The notes under the pieces are model-generated. The model worked only from the letters and a program-made list of their open reading frames with translations, did not search any database and had not been told where the DNA came from. Shown here piece by piece: positions 15,591-29,237 of a stretch of 64,000 nucleotides of DNA. A program made the position numbers and the translations under genes. The first letter of the stretch is position 1; every line of letters starts with the position of its first letter. Source of the DNA: Amoebophrya sp. A120 (Eukaryota > Protista > Dinoflagellata); assembly GCA_905178155.1 (NCBI GenBank), contig CAJINV010000001.1, forward strand, positions 6,419,860 through 6,483,859, written 5' to 3'.

Positions 15591-18500
15591 ATGTTCGAGT
15601 CGGTGGTCGACGGGCTGCTCCAGACGTACCTGGCCCCGTACGTGGAGGGGCTGAACTCCGAGACGCTGCGGATCGGAATTTTCAGTGGGCAGATCGAGCT
15701 CAAGGCCTTGAAGGTCCGCAAGAACTTTTTTCAGCTGATCGGGGTGGACAGCCTGCGCGTCATCAATGGCGAGATCTCCAGCATTCGGATCGAGCTCCCC
15801 AGCTGGCGCGAGCTCACGTCCGGACAGATCAAGATTTTGGTCAGCGGCGTCAAGGTGGCGCTCCGGGCGCTGCACGGGTCCACCGAAACCACCCTGGAGG
15901 AGGACGTCGAGGCGCTCCGGCAGTCGCGGAAGCAAACCATTGAGGCCCGGGAGCAAATGCTTCTGAAAGAGTACGAGCAGCGGCAGCTGCGGGGGCAGGA
16001 CGGGGAGAACACCGGGGAGAGCCTGTCGTTCTTCGCGAAGGTTGGGCGACGCCTGTTGGATAATCTGTTGATCGAGGTCACCGACCTGAGCTTCACGTTC
16101 ATCGACACAGTGCGGCGCGTGGACATCGGCGCGGATCTCCCGAGTCTCCTCGTCCGCTCCACGAACGAAAAATTCGAAGTGTTAGAGCCTGGGGCGGGAG
16201 GTATGTCTACTTGGTTGATGAATGGTTCATCTCAGTCTTCTTTTTCGAATGCTGAGTGAGATGCTTTGTTTTCTTAGTACTTCATGATCTTTGCGTCTAC
16301 TCATGTCCGCCTGAAAATAAAAAACAAAGTGAATCAACTTTCTGAAAAAAAACAAAATTTCACCAGGCGACGATGCTGCCGAAGCCACGACCACAAGTCC
16401 GCTGTTCAAACTTCTGGAAGTCAATGGCCTTGCCCTGTGGTTTACGGATGCCTCGCAGCGCTCTAGCGAAAAAATCAACGAACTGCGCGACGAATTGGAG
16501 AAGCCCGAGGAAAAACAGTACATGCTGAAGCCCTGCCGCTTAGCCCTGAAGCTTGCCCACGAGCCCGCCAAGGGCATGCTCCGGCTGCTCATCGACTTCA
16601 CGGGCGCAAGAAAACACAATCCAGAAGCGGAGAGGAATAAGAAGGCGGGGCTGATGGGAAAGCTGATGGCAAAGGCTGGCAATGCTCTAGGTACAACTAT
16701 TGCGACAGGGTCTCAGGGGGAGAAAATTTTTGGCGACCATGCGGACGACGACGAGGAGGATAGCGATCTGTATCAGGAAAACGGTCTGTCGATGACGCGA
16801 TCCCAATTCGTGGCGATCATGCGTATGGTGACAAAAAACACCCGAGATGCGGCGAAGGTGCAGGACGCTCTGACACCCCCGGAGGTGCTGGAGAAATTCC
16901 CGCTTGCGCACCACAGGTACGCGCAGGAGTACATGTTCTTGTATGGCACGAAGCTCATGCGGGAGTACAAACTTCCCCCGAATTTGCGACGAGTCATCAC
17001 CAGAAACGCGCATCGGTCGCTGAGAAAGGAAGACGCTACTTCGACGGCCCCGACCGACGCCGGACTGAACGAAGCCGCCGCCGCCGCGCAGGACAACGCC
17101 GCGTTTCAAGATGCTCTGTCTTCCTCGGAAAATGAAGAAGAGGAAGACGTCAACGAGCTGGACGATAGCGCCGCGATTGAGGAAAAACTAGCCTTGTTCG
17201 AGGATGTGATGAGCGCTTACCACATCGCAAAATGGCGAGCTGCGATCAGGCAAGCTGTGATCAAAACGAAGCAGATCGTCGAGAAATCGTCATCCGCCGC
17301 CGCGTCTGCCCGAGAAAAGGAAGAGCAGAAGAATCAGAGCTGGTGGGGGTGGTTTACGGGAAAGACGAAAGAGCGCGGCTCGCAGGCCGGGGTTGCACTC
17401 GAAACAGAAGAGCAGTGGCGGAAGCGGATCGCCGAGCAGGATAAATTAGCGGAGGAAGTGTTGCAAAACTTGCACAAGGAAGTGGAAACCGTGGCCGAAG
17501 TGGAGCTGCCGAGCCGGATTGTGGTCGGTTTCCAGTGCGCACAGTTTAGCGCGGTCCTGACGGAAGATTTGCCGAGCAAGCTGCTACAGCGGAACAAGCA
17601 TTTGTCGACCAAGTCGCGCGATCTGCTCCGCGGCAACTTCACCGGGGCGTCTTTCATGCTCGGGCTGAACACGAAGCTGGACTGCCGCGGCAACGATGGG
17701 ACGGAGCTGATCATCATGGTCGGTGGCGAAGCCATAGACGCCACGCACTACGGGAGGCCGGTGATTCGCACCAGAAGAAAAAAACAGACCAAGCGCCATC
17801 ACGGGGGCGGCCTGCGGACGCAGAAAGCGCGGGACTTCTCCACCCAAAAGTTGTCGCAAAAGCTGTCCGGGTACTCCAGCCCACAACTTCAGGGCCCTCC
17901 GTCGGCGACAGCTCCACACCAGAACAATTTGGCGTCTCAGGACACAGCCTTCTCTGACGACGAATACGACGTCTGGGGCGACCACGACCTGCAGACCCCG
18001 GGGCGCTCTACCCCCGAAGAAATCCCGTCCCCACGCACGGGGCAGCTGAAACCGATGGTCATGAAAAAGCGGGCGAACAAGTACATCCTGGATGATTTGG
18101 AGGCCGCCATGATCACCGCCTTTGCGACGCAGGAGAGCGACATGCAGTCGCTTCGGGAGGACTTGAAGCAGCGGGGCAGGGAAGCGGGTACGTTCATCCT
18201 GTTCAACAAACTCGGCACCGACCGCAACGTCATGGGCCTGTCCTACGAAGCCGTCCCGGTGGGCTTCTTTCTTCGCCCGCTGATAGTGCCAAGCATCGTT
18301 TCTTTTTTCGACGTCAATGACGAAATCGTTCAGGTGCTGGGCCCGGATCCAGCACACTTGGCGGAACAGCAGCAGCATAAGGAACAACAGGATAACGACC
18401 TTACGGACCACGTCAATTCCGGAACCACTTCTGCTGGAGTAGCATCAAGCTCGACTCCTCTACTGCCCTCAGGTGCGCTGAAGAAAACTTCTCCGCTCGG

Positions 18501-21500
18501 GGCGGCTGCAATTTCTATGTCCGAAAGCGGTGCTGCTGCCTCGTCCAGCAGCACGAGGCAAACCCGAAACGAGCACGCAGAGCTGATGGAGCAACGGCTC
18601 GACACGATCGATTACTACCTGAATTACGCCACCCAGGCGTACGCGAACAACAAGGAGGAGGTGTTGAAGCGCATTCCGGACGCGATGGACTTGTACTTCT
18701 CACTGAAATCCCCAACCGTTGAGTTCGCGACCGAAAATCGTGCGACCGCGTCCTTCAAACTGGGCAACATGCTGTTCTTCAGCCCCGTCCCTTTTGCCAT
18801 GGACAAGGCGCAGTTCCAGGTGTTCATGAACGACACCAGCTTGAAAGTGACCACGCCCCGGAAGGAACGGCTCTACGTGCTGAAGCCCGTCCCGATTTCG
18901 GCGACCATCCAGACCGACATGAGCGTCAACACTTTGGTCAACGTCAGCGTCGGCCGGTGCGAGCTCCACGCGGCGCCGCAGGCCGTATTGATCTTGATGG
19001 CCCTCCCGAACATGATCACGTCTGCGGTTTTAGACTATTCCGCCCCGGTGGCGGCTTCGGCCGGAGCAGTAAAGCCGAACAGCAGACCGCTTGCGATCGA
19101 ATCCTCCGCGGTCTCCTCTGGGATGGGTTCCAACGCCACGACCGCAGCCGCAGTTGCGCGGGGCGAGAAGCTGGGGACGATTGATGAAGGTGGGAGAACA
19201 AAAGCTGCTCCGCGGCGCGCGACAGCTGCGGCACCCGCGCTCGCCGGCTTAGTTTACAACAAGGTACGGGAGCGCTTCACCGAGAATATCAGAAATGAAG
19301 ATAGGGACGCTGCTGGTAACAAGCGACTCCGCGTGCACCGGGCAGTCTCCACCGCAACGCCGGACGAGCTGGAGGGCAGAGCCAGTGACGTTGTGGATCA
19401 GCTGGACGAGTTCGATCGCATGCCCTCGGAGGCTACGGAGATGGTTGCCGACCAGGAGGGTCTGGTGGAAGAACCCGATGCCGCTCCAGAGATGAACACG
19501 ATGGTTACGGTCGGTGTGGAGAGGATCCTCGTTACGCTGGGCGACACTGTGATCCCCGTGTTGCAGACCCAAATCCGCCTTCCGGACCTCTTATACCACG
19601 CAAAGGGACTCTCCTATTCGGTTTTGACGGAGAAGGGATTGTTTATGGACGTCAGTATGTACAACACGCGAAACGGGTGCTGGGAGCCCTTGCTGGAACC
19701 CTTCTGCTTCAACGAACTGAGTTTGAAAGTGGAAAACAAGATGGTTCTCACCTTATCCGGCACACACCGACCCTTCTACTTGAACTTCTCACCTACGTCG
19801 GTCGCAAAGCTTTCCTGGTTCGCACCCTGGTTCCTCGGGGAGGTCTTCGGCACGTCTCCTGCAGCCACCGAGGAGGCCCGCCTGCAAAAGTTGCGCTCGC
19901 AGTTGTCCGGGCTGGGACCATCGAAAGGGTCCATGTTCCAGGACGTTCTGATGCTTGAGCAGCCCAGTGCCGCCTTGGAGGCCAAGAAGTCGATGGGCCT
20001 GGGCTCTATCCATTCGGATAACTCCTCCCGGGACACGCGAGATGGCGATAGCAGAATGACCGGCGGTTTTGATTCGGTGATTTCAAACGGAGACGAGAGT
20101 GACGGGCTCGGAAGTAGTCGCTTCCAGTCGCTTTCCTCTAACACAACGTCAAATGCAGCAGCTAGCCTCGAGCCCGGCTCGACCGTGCCCGCTTCGTCGA
20201 CAACCGGTGTTGATTCGATCCTCGCCTCTGTTGCCGGCGGCAACAACGCCGCACAGCACGTCCGCTTCGATGTGAAGGCTTTAGAGGACCACGACGAACT
20301 CACGAGCGAGGAGGAACAGCAGCAGAAAACCCCGATGCACTTGTATCAGTCCCTGATCTTGTCCTTGCACCCAACCTCCTACCCGGCGTTGGTCCGCTCG
20401 CCCTACCAGGACATCGAGGACGCCTCCCTGCTGAGCTGGAACACGACCCGATTTCGCTGCATCAACGTGCTGCCCTTCACCGTCGCTGTGCGCTTCTTCC
20501 CCGCGGCTGACACCGCCGTGTCCACCGATCGGTCGGATCAAGACAGGTCCAGCTCGCGGCCGAGCGGATATTCGGGCTCAAGAACATCGAAGAAGCACGA
20601 TCGCAATCAGACCATGTACAAGACGCAGTTTGGCCAGATGTCTACGCGTCGGGGAGGCGAGACCACGCCCGGAGTTGGTGGCCAGACCACGGTGCGTGGC
20701 GGGGCTTTTGACCTGGACATAGATGCGCTGATTGAACTCCTGCCGCCGCGGATGCCGGGAGAGGCAGAAACCCTGCTGATTTCCCCGGTTCGCGGGCCTC
20801 GGGACTGGGCCGCACTGGACCCGGGTATTTTGCCGACGTTGGCGGAGAGCCTGGACTGTCGGTTGGTGAAAGCTGCCGAGAATACCGTGAAGGTTCAGCA
20901 CTGGCGAAACCACATGGACCACGCCGCGACGGCGTTGCTGACGCCCACCGGCGCAGTGACACCGGGGACAAAAGAGGTAGACGGCAGCGAGCCCGGCACT
21001 CCGAAACCCGGTGCCGTTGCACCCACCGGAAGCGACGAAACAAGCGGCACGGAGGGCGGTCTTTCCGCACGCCACCAGCTCAAAGCGCAGCGCGCGGCAG
21101 GCGTGTCGCCCGAGGCGCTCGGCAAAGCCATCGAGGCCGCTAGGAGGCAGCAAGACACAGCTCCCGACGGAAATAAAGTAGAACAAAACAAAAACAAACG
21201 CGTAGGGGGTGTTATGGCGCGCCGTCATCGTTTGTCCGTCTACCAGCAGGGTGGCATGGAATTTGGCAACAGCGTCGAGCTGAAAAACATTTGCTTCGTT
21301 GCCCGCATGCTCGCACCAAAAGCGTCCCACAAGGTGATGGTGCTCTCCAGTTCCGTAACGCTGCACAACCATTTGTCGGTGCCCTGCCGCATGAAAATGA
21401 ACGGGGAGAACGCACAGCTGAACAGTTTAGTCAGTAAATGCTGCTTCCTGGACGAAGCGGCGGCGCTCGAGCGCAACACGTACCCGCGGAAGAGCTTCTA

Positions 21501-24500
21501 CGAAAAGCACGTGCAGATGGACCTGCAGAAGCAGGAGAAGGACTGCCCCGTGAAAAAGTACCTCAACCCCGAGGAATACCTGTCCGTGTGTTCCAACGAA
21601 GTCCAGTTTCGCATTTTCGACTTCGCCTGGTCCCCGATCGTCGACCTGGCCCGCAAGCCGCAACAGAACGAAAGCCGCTGGTGCGTCGGCGTTTTCAACC
21701 TGCCCAAATCCAGCAAGGACGCGAAACTGAACGCCGAGAGCCCGAGTTTCAACTTTCTGCTCGCCCGCGAAGAAATTTTGTCCGGCCCGCCAATGAACAA
21801 GCCGATCCGTGAGATCCACATGCTCCCGGCGCTGGTCTTCGAGAACGCGCTGCCCTGCCGCCTGGCGATCGTGATCGAGGAGGTCCGGATTCGCGGCGGC
21901 AAGGACCGATATAAACCGGAGGACCTGGACGAGGACGGAAATCCAATAAAGCAGAAGCGGGTGCGGGTGGAGACGTTTGTGGACCCTTTGTCCGTCTGGC
22001 ACTGTTACGAAATCGATCCGCGCTGCTACGTGCAGCTGCATGTGCGCGTGTATGAGGGCGAGAATGCGAAGCAGAAGAACCCGAAGATAAAGCTCCCCCC
22101 GTTTTCCCCCTACGTCGAAGAGTCGCGCCGCCGTCAGCACTTGGCCGCACAGAAGCGCGCCAAGGCGGAAGCATCCGCGGGGAACGAGCGGGCGAAAGCG
22201 GGCGTGTATGGCGCAGACCAACAGGCGTCGGAGGACGCGAAAAAGACGGAAGAGAGCATCAACCGACACGTCGAGGTCGCGTTCGAGCACGCCGGCATGA
22301 GCCCCTTCCAGGCCGTCGCGAGGCTGGGGCTGCGGACGAAAGTTTTCTGCCCGATTTGGATGGTCAACCGGACGGATCTGAAACTTCCGATAGACGCCTT
22401 TCCGTCCTTTGGCGGGAACACGTTGCTGGGAAACGTTATATTGGGTGAGGACGAGAAAGCAGAAGACGACCATGAGAAGCAGCTCCTGCACACGCTCGAC
22501 ATCGCGGGCCGCTCGGTCGAGCTCCCGGCGGAATACTGTGTGCTGGACCGGGGGGTGAATCTCTGCGTGCAGGCACACACCTTCACCGTCATGGGCACGC
22601 TCTGCCAGATGTTTCACCTTCTCCCCCGCCTGATCTTCCATAACAAGAGCGAGCAGGCGACCTTTGAAATCCTCCAAGTGCCAACAAAAGAGCTGCCTCA
22701 GATGCTCCGGGTGAAGGAAGAGAAGCGCGCAGAGGAGCTCGTGGCCCAGATGGAGAACAAGCTGGCAAAGCGATCCGTGTTAGTCAACGAGCGCAACACT
22801 TTCACCCTGGCCCCCGGCGGCATTTACGTCCCGGCCCAAGACCTTGTGGCCGTGCGCTTTCGGGTCCAGGGAATGAAGCACTGGAGCAGTTTGGTCGTCC
22901 TGGGCGACGACCAGGCCGGGGATTTTCCGTTTGTGCTCGAGGGTTCCACGATCGCGACGGTCGAAATTTGCCCTGACCGCGGGCGGTTGGGGGTGAATTT
23001 TTCCACCAATAGCAGTTATCTCGTCGAGAATTACACGTATGACTACTACATGGTGATCAACAAGTGCGTGAAGGCCGAGCCACGGAAGGAGGTGGACGCC
23101 TTTTCCGACGAGGACCAGCTGTACTTCGCCGAGTTTCTCCCGGGCGAGCAGGAACAACTCGACCAGGAGCAGCCACCTGCTATCACGAACTACGGCTGGA
23201 CCGATCCGTTTTTCGAGGAAAATTTGCAGCTTCCAGAAGACGAGTTCAACGCCACCATGTCGGATCGGCAGCGACCACCGAGCTCGGTGCTGCTCAACAC
23301 CGACGACGCGCAGCACACGCCGGGCCCGGTTGACCAGCGCTGGCTGGTGGACATCGAAATTCGGGCGCGCGAACGGAACGTGCTGATCGACCGCATGCAG
23401 ATCTACGCGTACGAGGCAGCCACCTATCACATGAAGCCAGTGAGTCTGGAAAAACCGGAGGTGGTTGTTGCGAATAACAAGGCTGGCAAAAAGAACATAA
23501 AAGACAATATCCTCAAGGCCAAAAAAGGCTCGAAGCAGGCTCCTAAAGTGGAACGCAAGTCCGACCCGCTGATGCTTACAGTGACGAGAATAGGAGCCTC
23601 CAACGTGCTCCGGCTAGATCGCGACGAGGCGCACCACTTCGGCAGCCTCGCCTCGCGCAAACAGGAGGCCCAGAAATTTGAAGCGCGGGTGAATTTGAAC
23701 CGCGTTGGGCTCAGCTTCATCTCCGAGGAGCGGAAAGAAGAATTTTTGTACATGCAGCTGGATTTGCTGCGCGCGGTGTACCTGCAGGAGACGGACAAGA
23801 TGACCACGCAACTGATCATCTCCGACATTCAGTGCGACTGCCAGTTTCAGAGCCGCAAACGGGGGACCCTGTTCGATCCGAAGAGCAACGTGGCGCCGAA
23901 CACGCGGACGCTACTCTGGGACTCCATCGACACGAAGCTCCCCGTGGTCTTCGGAAACCGCGGGAGCAGCACGGGCACCGTGCCCTTCCTCGAAGTTTTG
24001 ATCACCCGGACCGCGATTGCGAGCCGCGATTTGGTCATCCCCGTGCTGGAGATCAATGTGGACGACATGGAAATCTCCATCGACGACGAAATTCTGCTCG
24101 GCTTCCAAGAGTACATGAACATCGACTTCTACGGCGAGCAAATGGGCGGCGACCTGACCGCAACAGGAGCCTCCTCAACGGAGCTGAGTCGAAGCCGCGG
24201 CGACGACGAATCTGGGGGTGGCTTCACCAGTGTCAGTGGGGGCGTCACGCCACTGCAGCAGCGAAGCATGTTGACGCGCGGCGACGCGAGCAGAAGCGGG
24301 GTCACTATGATGTACACGGAGAAGCACAGCGCAGACACGATCTTGGCACCCGTAAAAAAGTTGCCCCCACAGTTTCAAAAGTTCATTACTCTTCAGAGTG
24401 CTGAGCATGATAAAGACGAGAATTCTAGTACCGTTGACCTCGCAGCCGCAGGGCTCACGAAGCAAAAGCGCAAGACCAACCGCCAGCTGGTGTCCGCAGC

Positions 24501-27500
24501 GACGCACAAGCTTTTGCTCGCGAGGACGCCGCAGATGTGCTCCTGGGCCGAGTTGCAAGCATTCGCGAGCACGCCGATGGTTTTGGATCCGGGCTACAAG
24601 TTCCCGGAAGTCCCAGCGGTGTTGCAGATTGACCAACTGCGTATCTCCAGTATCCGCCTGCTAATCTGGGTGGAGCTCTTACTAGACAATATGGACTTCC
24701 TACCCGAGTCCGCCAAGACCGTGATTCGCGTCCTCTCTTTCGGCAACAGCTTCACAGTCGAGCGCGGCGAGCTGATTTTCGACGCCATTGGCGGGCCGCC
24801 TCAGCACCTGTCCACCAGCAACGTGTACGCGACCGCCGATGCCGCTGCCGCGGTGAAGGGCAAGGGTAAAAAGGGCAAAAATCTTGGCTTGCTCGGTCCG
24901 GTGCAGGAGGAAATCGCCATCGAGTCCGACCACAGTGCGGCCGAGTCGGAGAAGCCGGAGTACGTGGTGATTACGCCGTTCCGCGGTTCCATGCCAGTGT
25001 TTCTGCAGGGCCTGCTCTGCGAGTACACGCGCAACCTTCTGATCAACGTGATGAAAATCCTGGGCAAGTCCGGCACGCTCACCCTCGCGCGGTCGCCGTT
25101 GCAGGCCACTTCGAAGACCTTCGTGTTTTTCTCCGATTCGCTGGGAGGACTGTTCGCCGACGGCGCGCACATTTTCAACCACTTGACCTTTGATCCGGAG
25201 TACATCAGGAATCAGAAGAAAGTCCGGGCCATGAAGAAGGCCGAAATCGACGGTCTCATGGCAGGAGCAGGCGAAGCGCTGAAATCGCTGGGCGATGGCG
25301 CCGTAGGTTTGTTCGACATCGTCACCAAGCCGATCGAGGGTGCGCAAGAAGACGGCGTCGCGGGCTTCTTCACCGGCCTGGGGCAAGGGGCCATGGGCAC
25401 GCTTGTGAAGCCCTGGACAGCTCTGGGAGGGGCAATTGCCGACGTTGGTACGGGCATTTCCGCAGCGATTGCCACCGAGAAGACAGCCCAGAATAGGAAA
25501 GGGGTAAATCTAAATACATTCATAAATCATATTATAATAGTACTCAGCATTTTGTTTTCATTTCACCAGGTCCAGTTCGTTGTCGTTGCTTGTGTTTGCA
25601 TGGTTTTTTCTTTTCCTAGCTTGAGAATGTAGCTGCCACGCCATGAACATCCTTCAACAGCGGGAAGCAATGATTTCAAAAAATCAAATACGAAAACAGA
25701 TGGCCTTCGCACGCACCCTGATCGAGCCAAAGCGCCTTCCCCGGTTCCTGAGCGGCAACATGGGCGTGATCGAGTGGTACGACCCCATTGCCGCCCGTGT
25801 GCTCCACCATTGCCACCTGTTTGTCAGGCACGCGGAGCTGATGGTGCCCTTCGGACTGGTTCCCACGGCCGAAGCAGGCGCGCTTGGCGACGACGCGGCC
25901 GACGTGGACTACGGCCCGGCGATGTACGTTCTCTTCGCGCACCCAGACCACATTTCCTTCGCGCGCGTTCCGATGCGGGTGGAGTACAAGAAAAACGCGA
26001 TATCGCCGCTGGACGATGAAGAGGAAGAGGTCAACGTCCTCACCGCGATTGGCGAGGCCGGCGCGAACGTTTTGTCCGCGGCGTTGGTCTATCAACTGTA
26101 AAAATGTCTGGGTGTGGAAGATTTCGAAACTTGTGATGCACGTCTTGCATGAGCCATGATGTCTGTGATGCGCGCCCTAGCATCACATATTTTCGGAGGG
26201 CATCTTGATGCCTATTCCGCATGACAAATGCCCTATGTATCCTTGTAGCAAAACTTATACTCCTTTTGCTACTCATGCAGTACAGATTTTTTTGGAATCC
26301 AAATGCAGCATCACAAGTTGCATTCTTCCAGACCCAGACACTTTTGCAATCCATATGGTCCCTGCCGCGACGGCGGGAGCGCTGATGCAGAAGACCGCCG
26401 ACATGATTTTTGAGGAAGACGTATCCTGTGTAAAAACGTCCCCGCCACCCCAGAGTTGTCATGCAGATTTGCCATGACAGGAACATTTGTGATGCGCAAC
26501 CCAATGACAGGCATTTTCAATCGTGTTTGGGAACTTGTAATGCCGTAAACAGGATCAGAAGGTCGATTTGTGATGCGGCTTTCCTTGCTAACTTGCACTA
26601 CCTTACGGACTGAAACTCGTCATGCGTGACTCGTAAAACTCCTGGGTTTGTGTTGCAAAATCCCCATCCTGACTCTGGTGTGGGTACGTTTTTACTCAGG
26701 ATAAGACGACGATGTCTACAGCCTGGCTAACGTGGCGCCCGCCGTGCGAAACCGCATCAAGTGGCAGTGCTACCTCAACAACGTGCAGAAGGTCACAACT
26801 CAGAAGGGCGCGATCACGATGCGGGTGGGTGGAAAAAACCAAGACTCGAAAAAGCTGCCGCCCTTGAACTTCCTCCGCGCGGAATGGCTCCGAATGAAGC
26901 AACTGGTGGCGAATCAGGGCGAGACATTGTTGTTCTTCTGGCAGGAGTCAGCAGTGGAGCAGGAGCTGAAGTATTCCAACTATCAGCGGTACCGCCGAGC
27001 GAGGGAGCGCGAACTAGCGGCGCTGAACGAGGGTTGGGAGACGATCTCCATCGCCACAAGATACACGGACGACGTTCCCGCGGGTTCGCCCCCTGCGAAC
27101 AGGTTCGCCCCCGCATTGCCAACGATTCCGGATATTGAGGAAGATGAGGCAGCTAGCGGGAAGGCACAGAAAAAACGGGGAATAAAGGGTGAAGCCGAAG
27201 GCGGACCTCCGGAGCGAATGATGAGCATGGAAGATTTTCTGTCTCCGGACCGAGAGGGCGAAGACGGACAAAATTCGGAAACAACGCTGACCACGACCGC
27301 CGCGACCGCTTCAAGTACTAGCAAACAGATGCAACAAGGCCGCGAGGGCAGTGCGTACTTACCAGAACAAGCCGAGGGAAGTGCGTATGACATCTTTCCC
27401 GAGTTTCGTCAAACTACGGGGACATCGTCGCAACAGAGCGACGACGAGAGATCATCTGCAGCAAGCTCTTCCAGTGTCAACAGCGGCACTAGCGATAGTT

Positions 27501-28393
27501 TTTTCCCCCAGAAACTGCAGGTCATTTCAAAGAACCCTGTCCGGGAATCCGCAGCAGAGGCGACGCTCACCGGCAGAGGGCCCTTCATGCTGCACCCAGG
27601 CACTGGCACGTCGTCCTCCAGCGCCACTTCGTCTGCTGCCACAAATAAGAAGAAAAAGAGCCCGCACTTCGACTTTGCACCCAATGCAAGGATAAACGAC
27701 CAGGATGAGGTTGGCGGTGTGCGCGACATCGAGGACGGTGGTGCAACTACATCTAGCAGCTCCAGTCGCGCCGGTCAGCAACCACCTCCGAAGGGTTCTC
27801 CCCGTGCTGGCGGAAATAATAACGGTCACCAGCAGATAGTCGCGACGAGCAACAAGACGATCGAGCCACCGGACCACACGGTTCTGCGAGAAATGCTGAA
27901 AGTGCTCCGCGGCGAGACGCAGGAGTGGAAGCGGGTTAAAGATTCCCTAGCCATGTTTCATCGGGCGCAGCTGTATCTGGAGCTCCTCCTCCCTCACAGC
28001 AGGTCTTTGACCACCGAAGACAGCGGCAGCGTGATGACCAGCAGAATCGTGGAGTGCTACGAGGTCGAGCGGAACAAAGTGTTCGAGTGGGGCCCGGCGT
28101 TCCTGCCCACCGACGGCGACAGCCGGTGGAAGTGGATGTCGCTACAGATGGAAAAGCACCCTTTTCTCGACCCCACTCTAACCAGGTCGCAGTGCATCCG
28201 AGCGCGCAGGCCTCCCTTCGTCTTTTCCAAACTGTGGAAGCCCAAGGGACCGTGGCGAATCGTAAAAGATCCCAAGTTGACGGACCCGGAGGGCTGGACG
28301 TACGCAGTAAACTGGGGCAATAAGGTCTGGACCAAGGACGAAGGTATCGTCGACTACGTGCGGAGGAGAAAGTGGATACGTGAATTTCTGTAA
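15591..28393 (+). CDS. VPS13: VPS13-family bridge-like lipid transfer protein (~3,960 aa) with C-terminal DysF/peroxin-like domain; exons 15591-16200, 16367-25503, 25700-26089, 26361-26421, 26709-28393
   Basis: Chorein-N start MFESVVDGLLQTYLAPYVEGLNSETLRIGIFSGQIEL; YNTRNGCWEPLLEP; ATG2_C-like IVTKPIEGAQEDGVAGFFTGLGQG; terminal EGWTYAVNW...DYVRRRKWIR; all joins in frame. Confidence 0.9.
26090..26355. mobile_element. IR introner in VPS13; TSD TGGTC; same family as 53618-53884
   Basis: TGTAAAAATGTCTGGGTGTGGAAG / CTTCCAGACCCAGACACTTTTGCA inverted repeat; TGGTC at 26085-26089 and 26356-26360; removal gives AALV-PAATAG. Confidence 0.92.
26422..26703. mobile_element. IR introner in VPS13; TSD AGACG
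   Basis: TATCCTGTGTAAAAACGT vs right revcomp TATCCTGAGTAAAAACGT; AGACG at 26417-26421 and 26704-26708; removal gives FEED-DDVYSL in frame with ORF 26732. Confidence 0.92.
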
Positions 28394-29237
28394 AGAGAAG
28401 CCGCTCGTACCACCTCAACTGCTGCAGTTCCAAGAAACAGATGAAATACTTAATTTAGCGGGCGCCCTTGGAGGTTTTCCAGTGTGTAATAGTACAAGCA
28501 AAACACTAATTACAGCGACACAGCGACACCAATCTACTATCATTTCTACTTTTGTGTACCAAGATAGAAGAAGAAAAAAAAAGATAAGTTTCGCGATGCA
28601 AAAAGATGTTTTTGGAATCGTGTTCGTTTTTGTCATTACGGTTGACGCCAAAGGTGAATGTCGTTGATGTGGTCGATCGAACATTGAATACATTACCAAG
28701 CCTTAGCCTCTGATCGTCATCAACAATAACATCGTCAGTGCTGCAAAATAATCGTAGCGTCGTCTTCATAATGCGAAGTTCAATAAAATGAAATTTGTGC
28801 TGGCTCAACGAATCTGAATCATGATTGTCGTCATGATTTTTATCGTCAGTTGTGAACGAATCTCGTTTTGGGGCGGTACGTAAGTAGTCGTAAACCAGTC
28901 GTAGATGAACATGATCACCATCACACCTCCTTTATTTTCACGTCAGACGCGACAAGATCTTCGTCTTTTTGCTTCTCCTCTCTCTGATCCGGAAGATCGC
29001 CAATTTGTCTGTGGTCGTTGAGGTGTCGCATTTTTGAACGAACGGTACGCGCCTAAGAACGCAGTTTTCGTTTTCAATGTTTCTCTTGCGATCCCGAAAG
29101 ATGAAGTGAAATTGCAGTCGTGTCCTTTTTTTTGTTTGAATTTTTTGTGGTTTTTCTGTTTTGTGTGTACTTGAGAACGTATCTGTATCCTAGTTTGTTT
29201 CAAGCTTTGAGCATCTTATTTACTTTGGAAAACAACA

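Noticed and set aside
16687-28433. Long minus-strand ORFs (up to 416 aa) within VPS13
   Set aside because: Antisense shadows of GC3-rich coding sequence; no motifs
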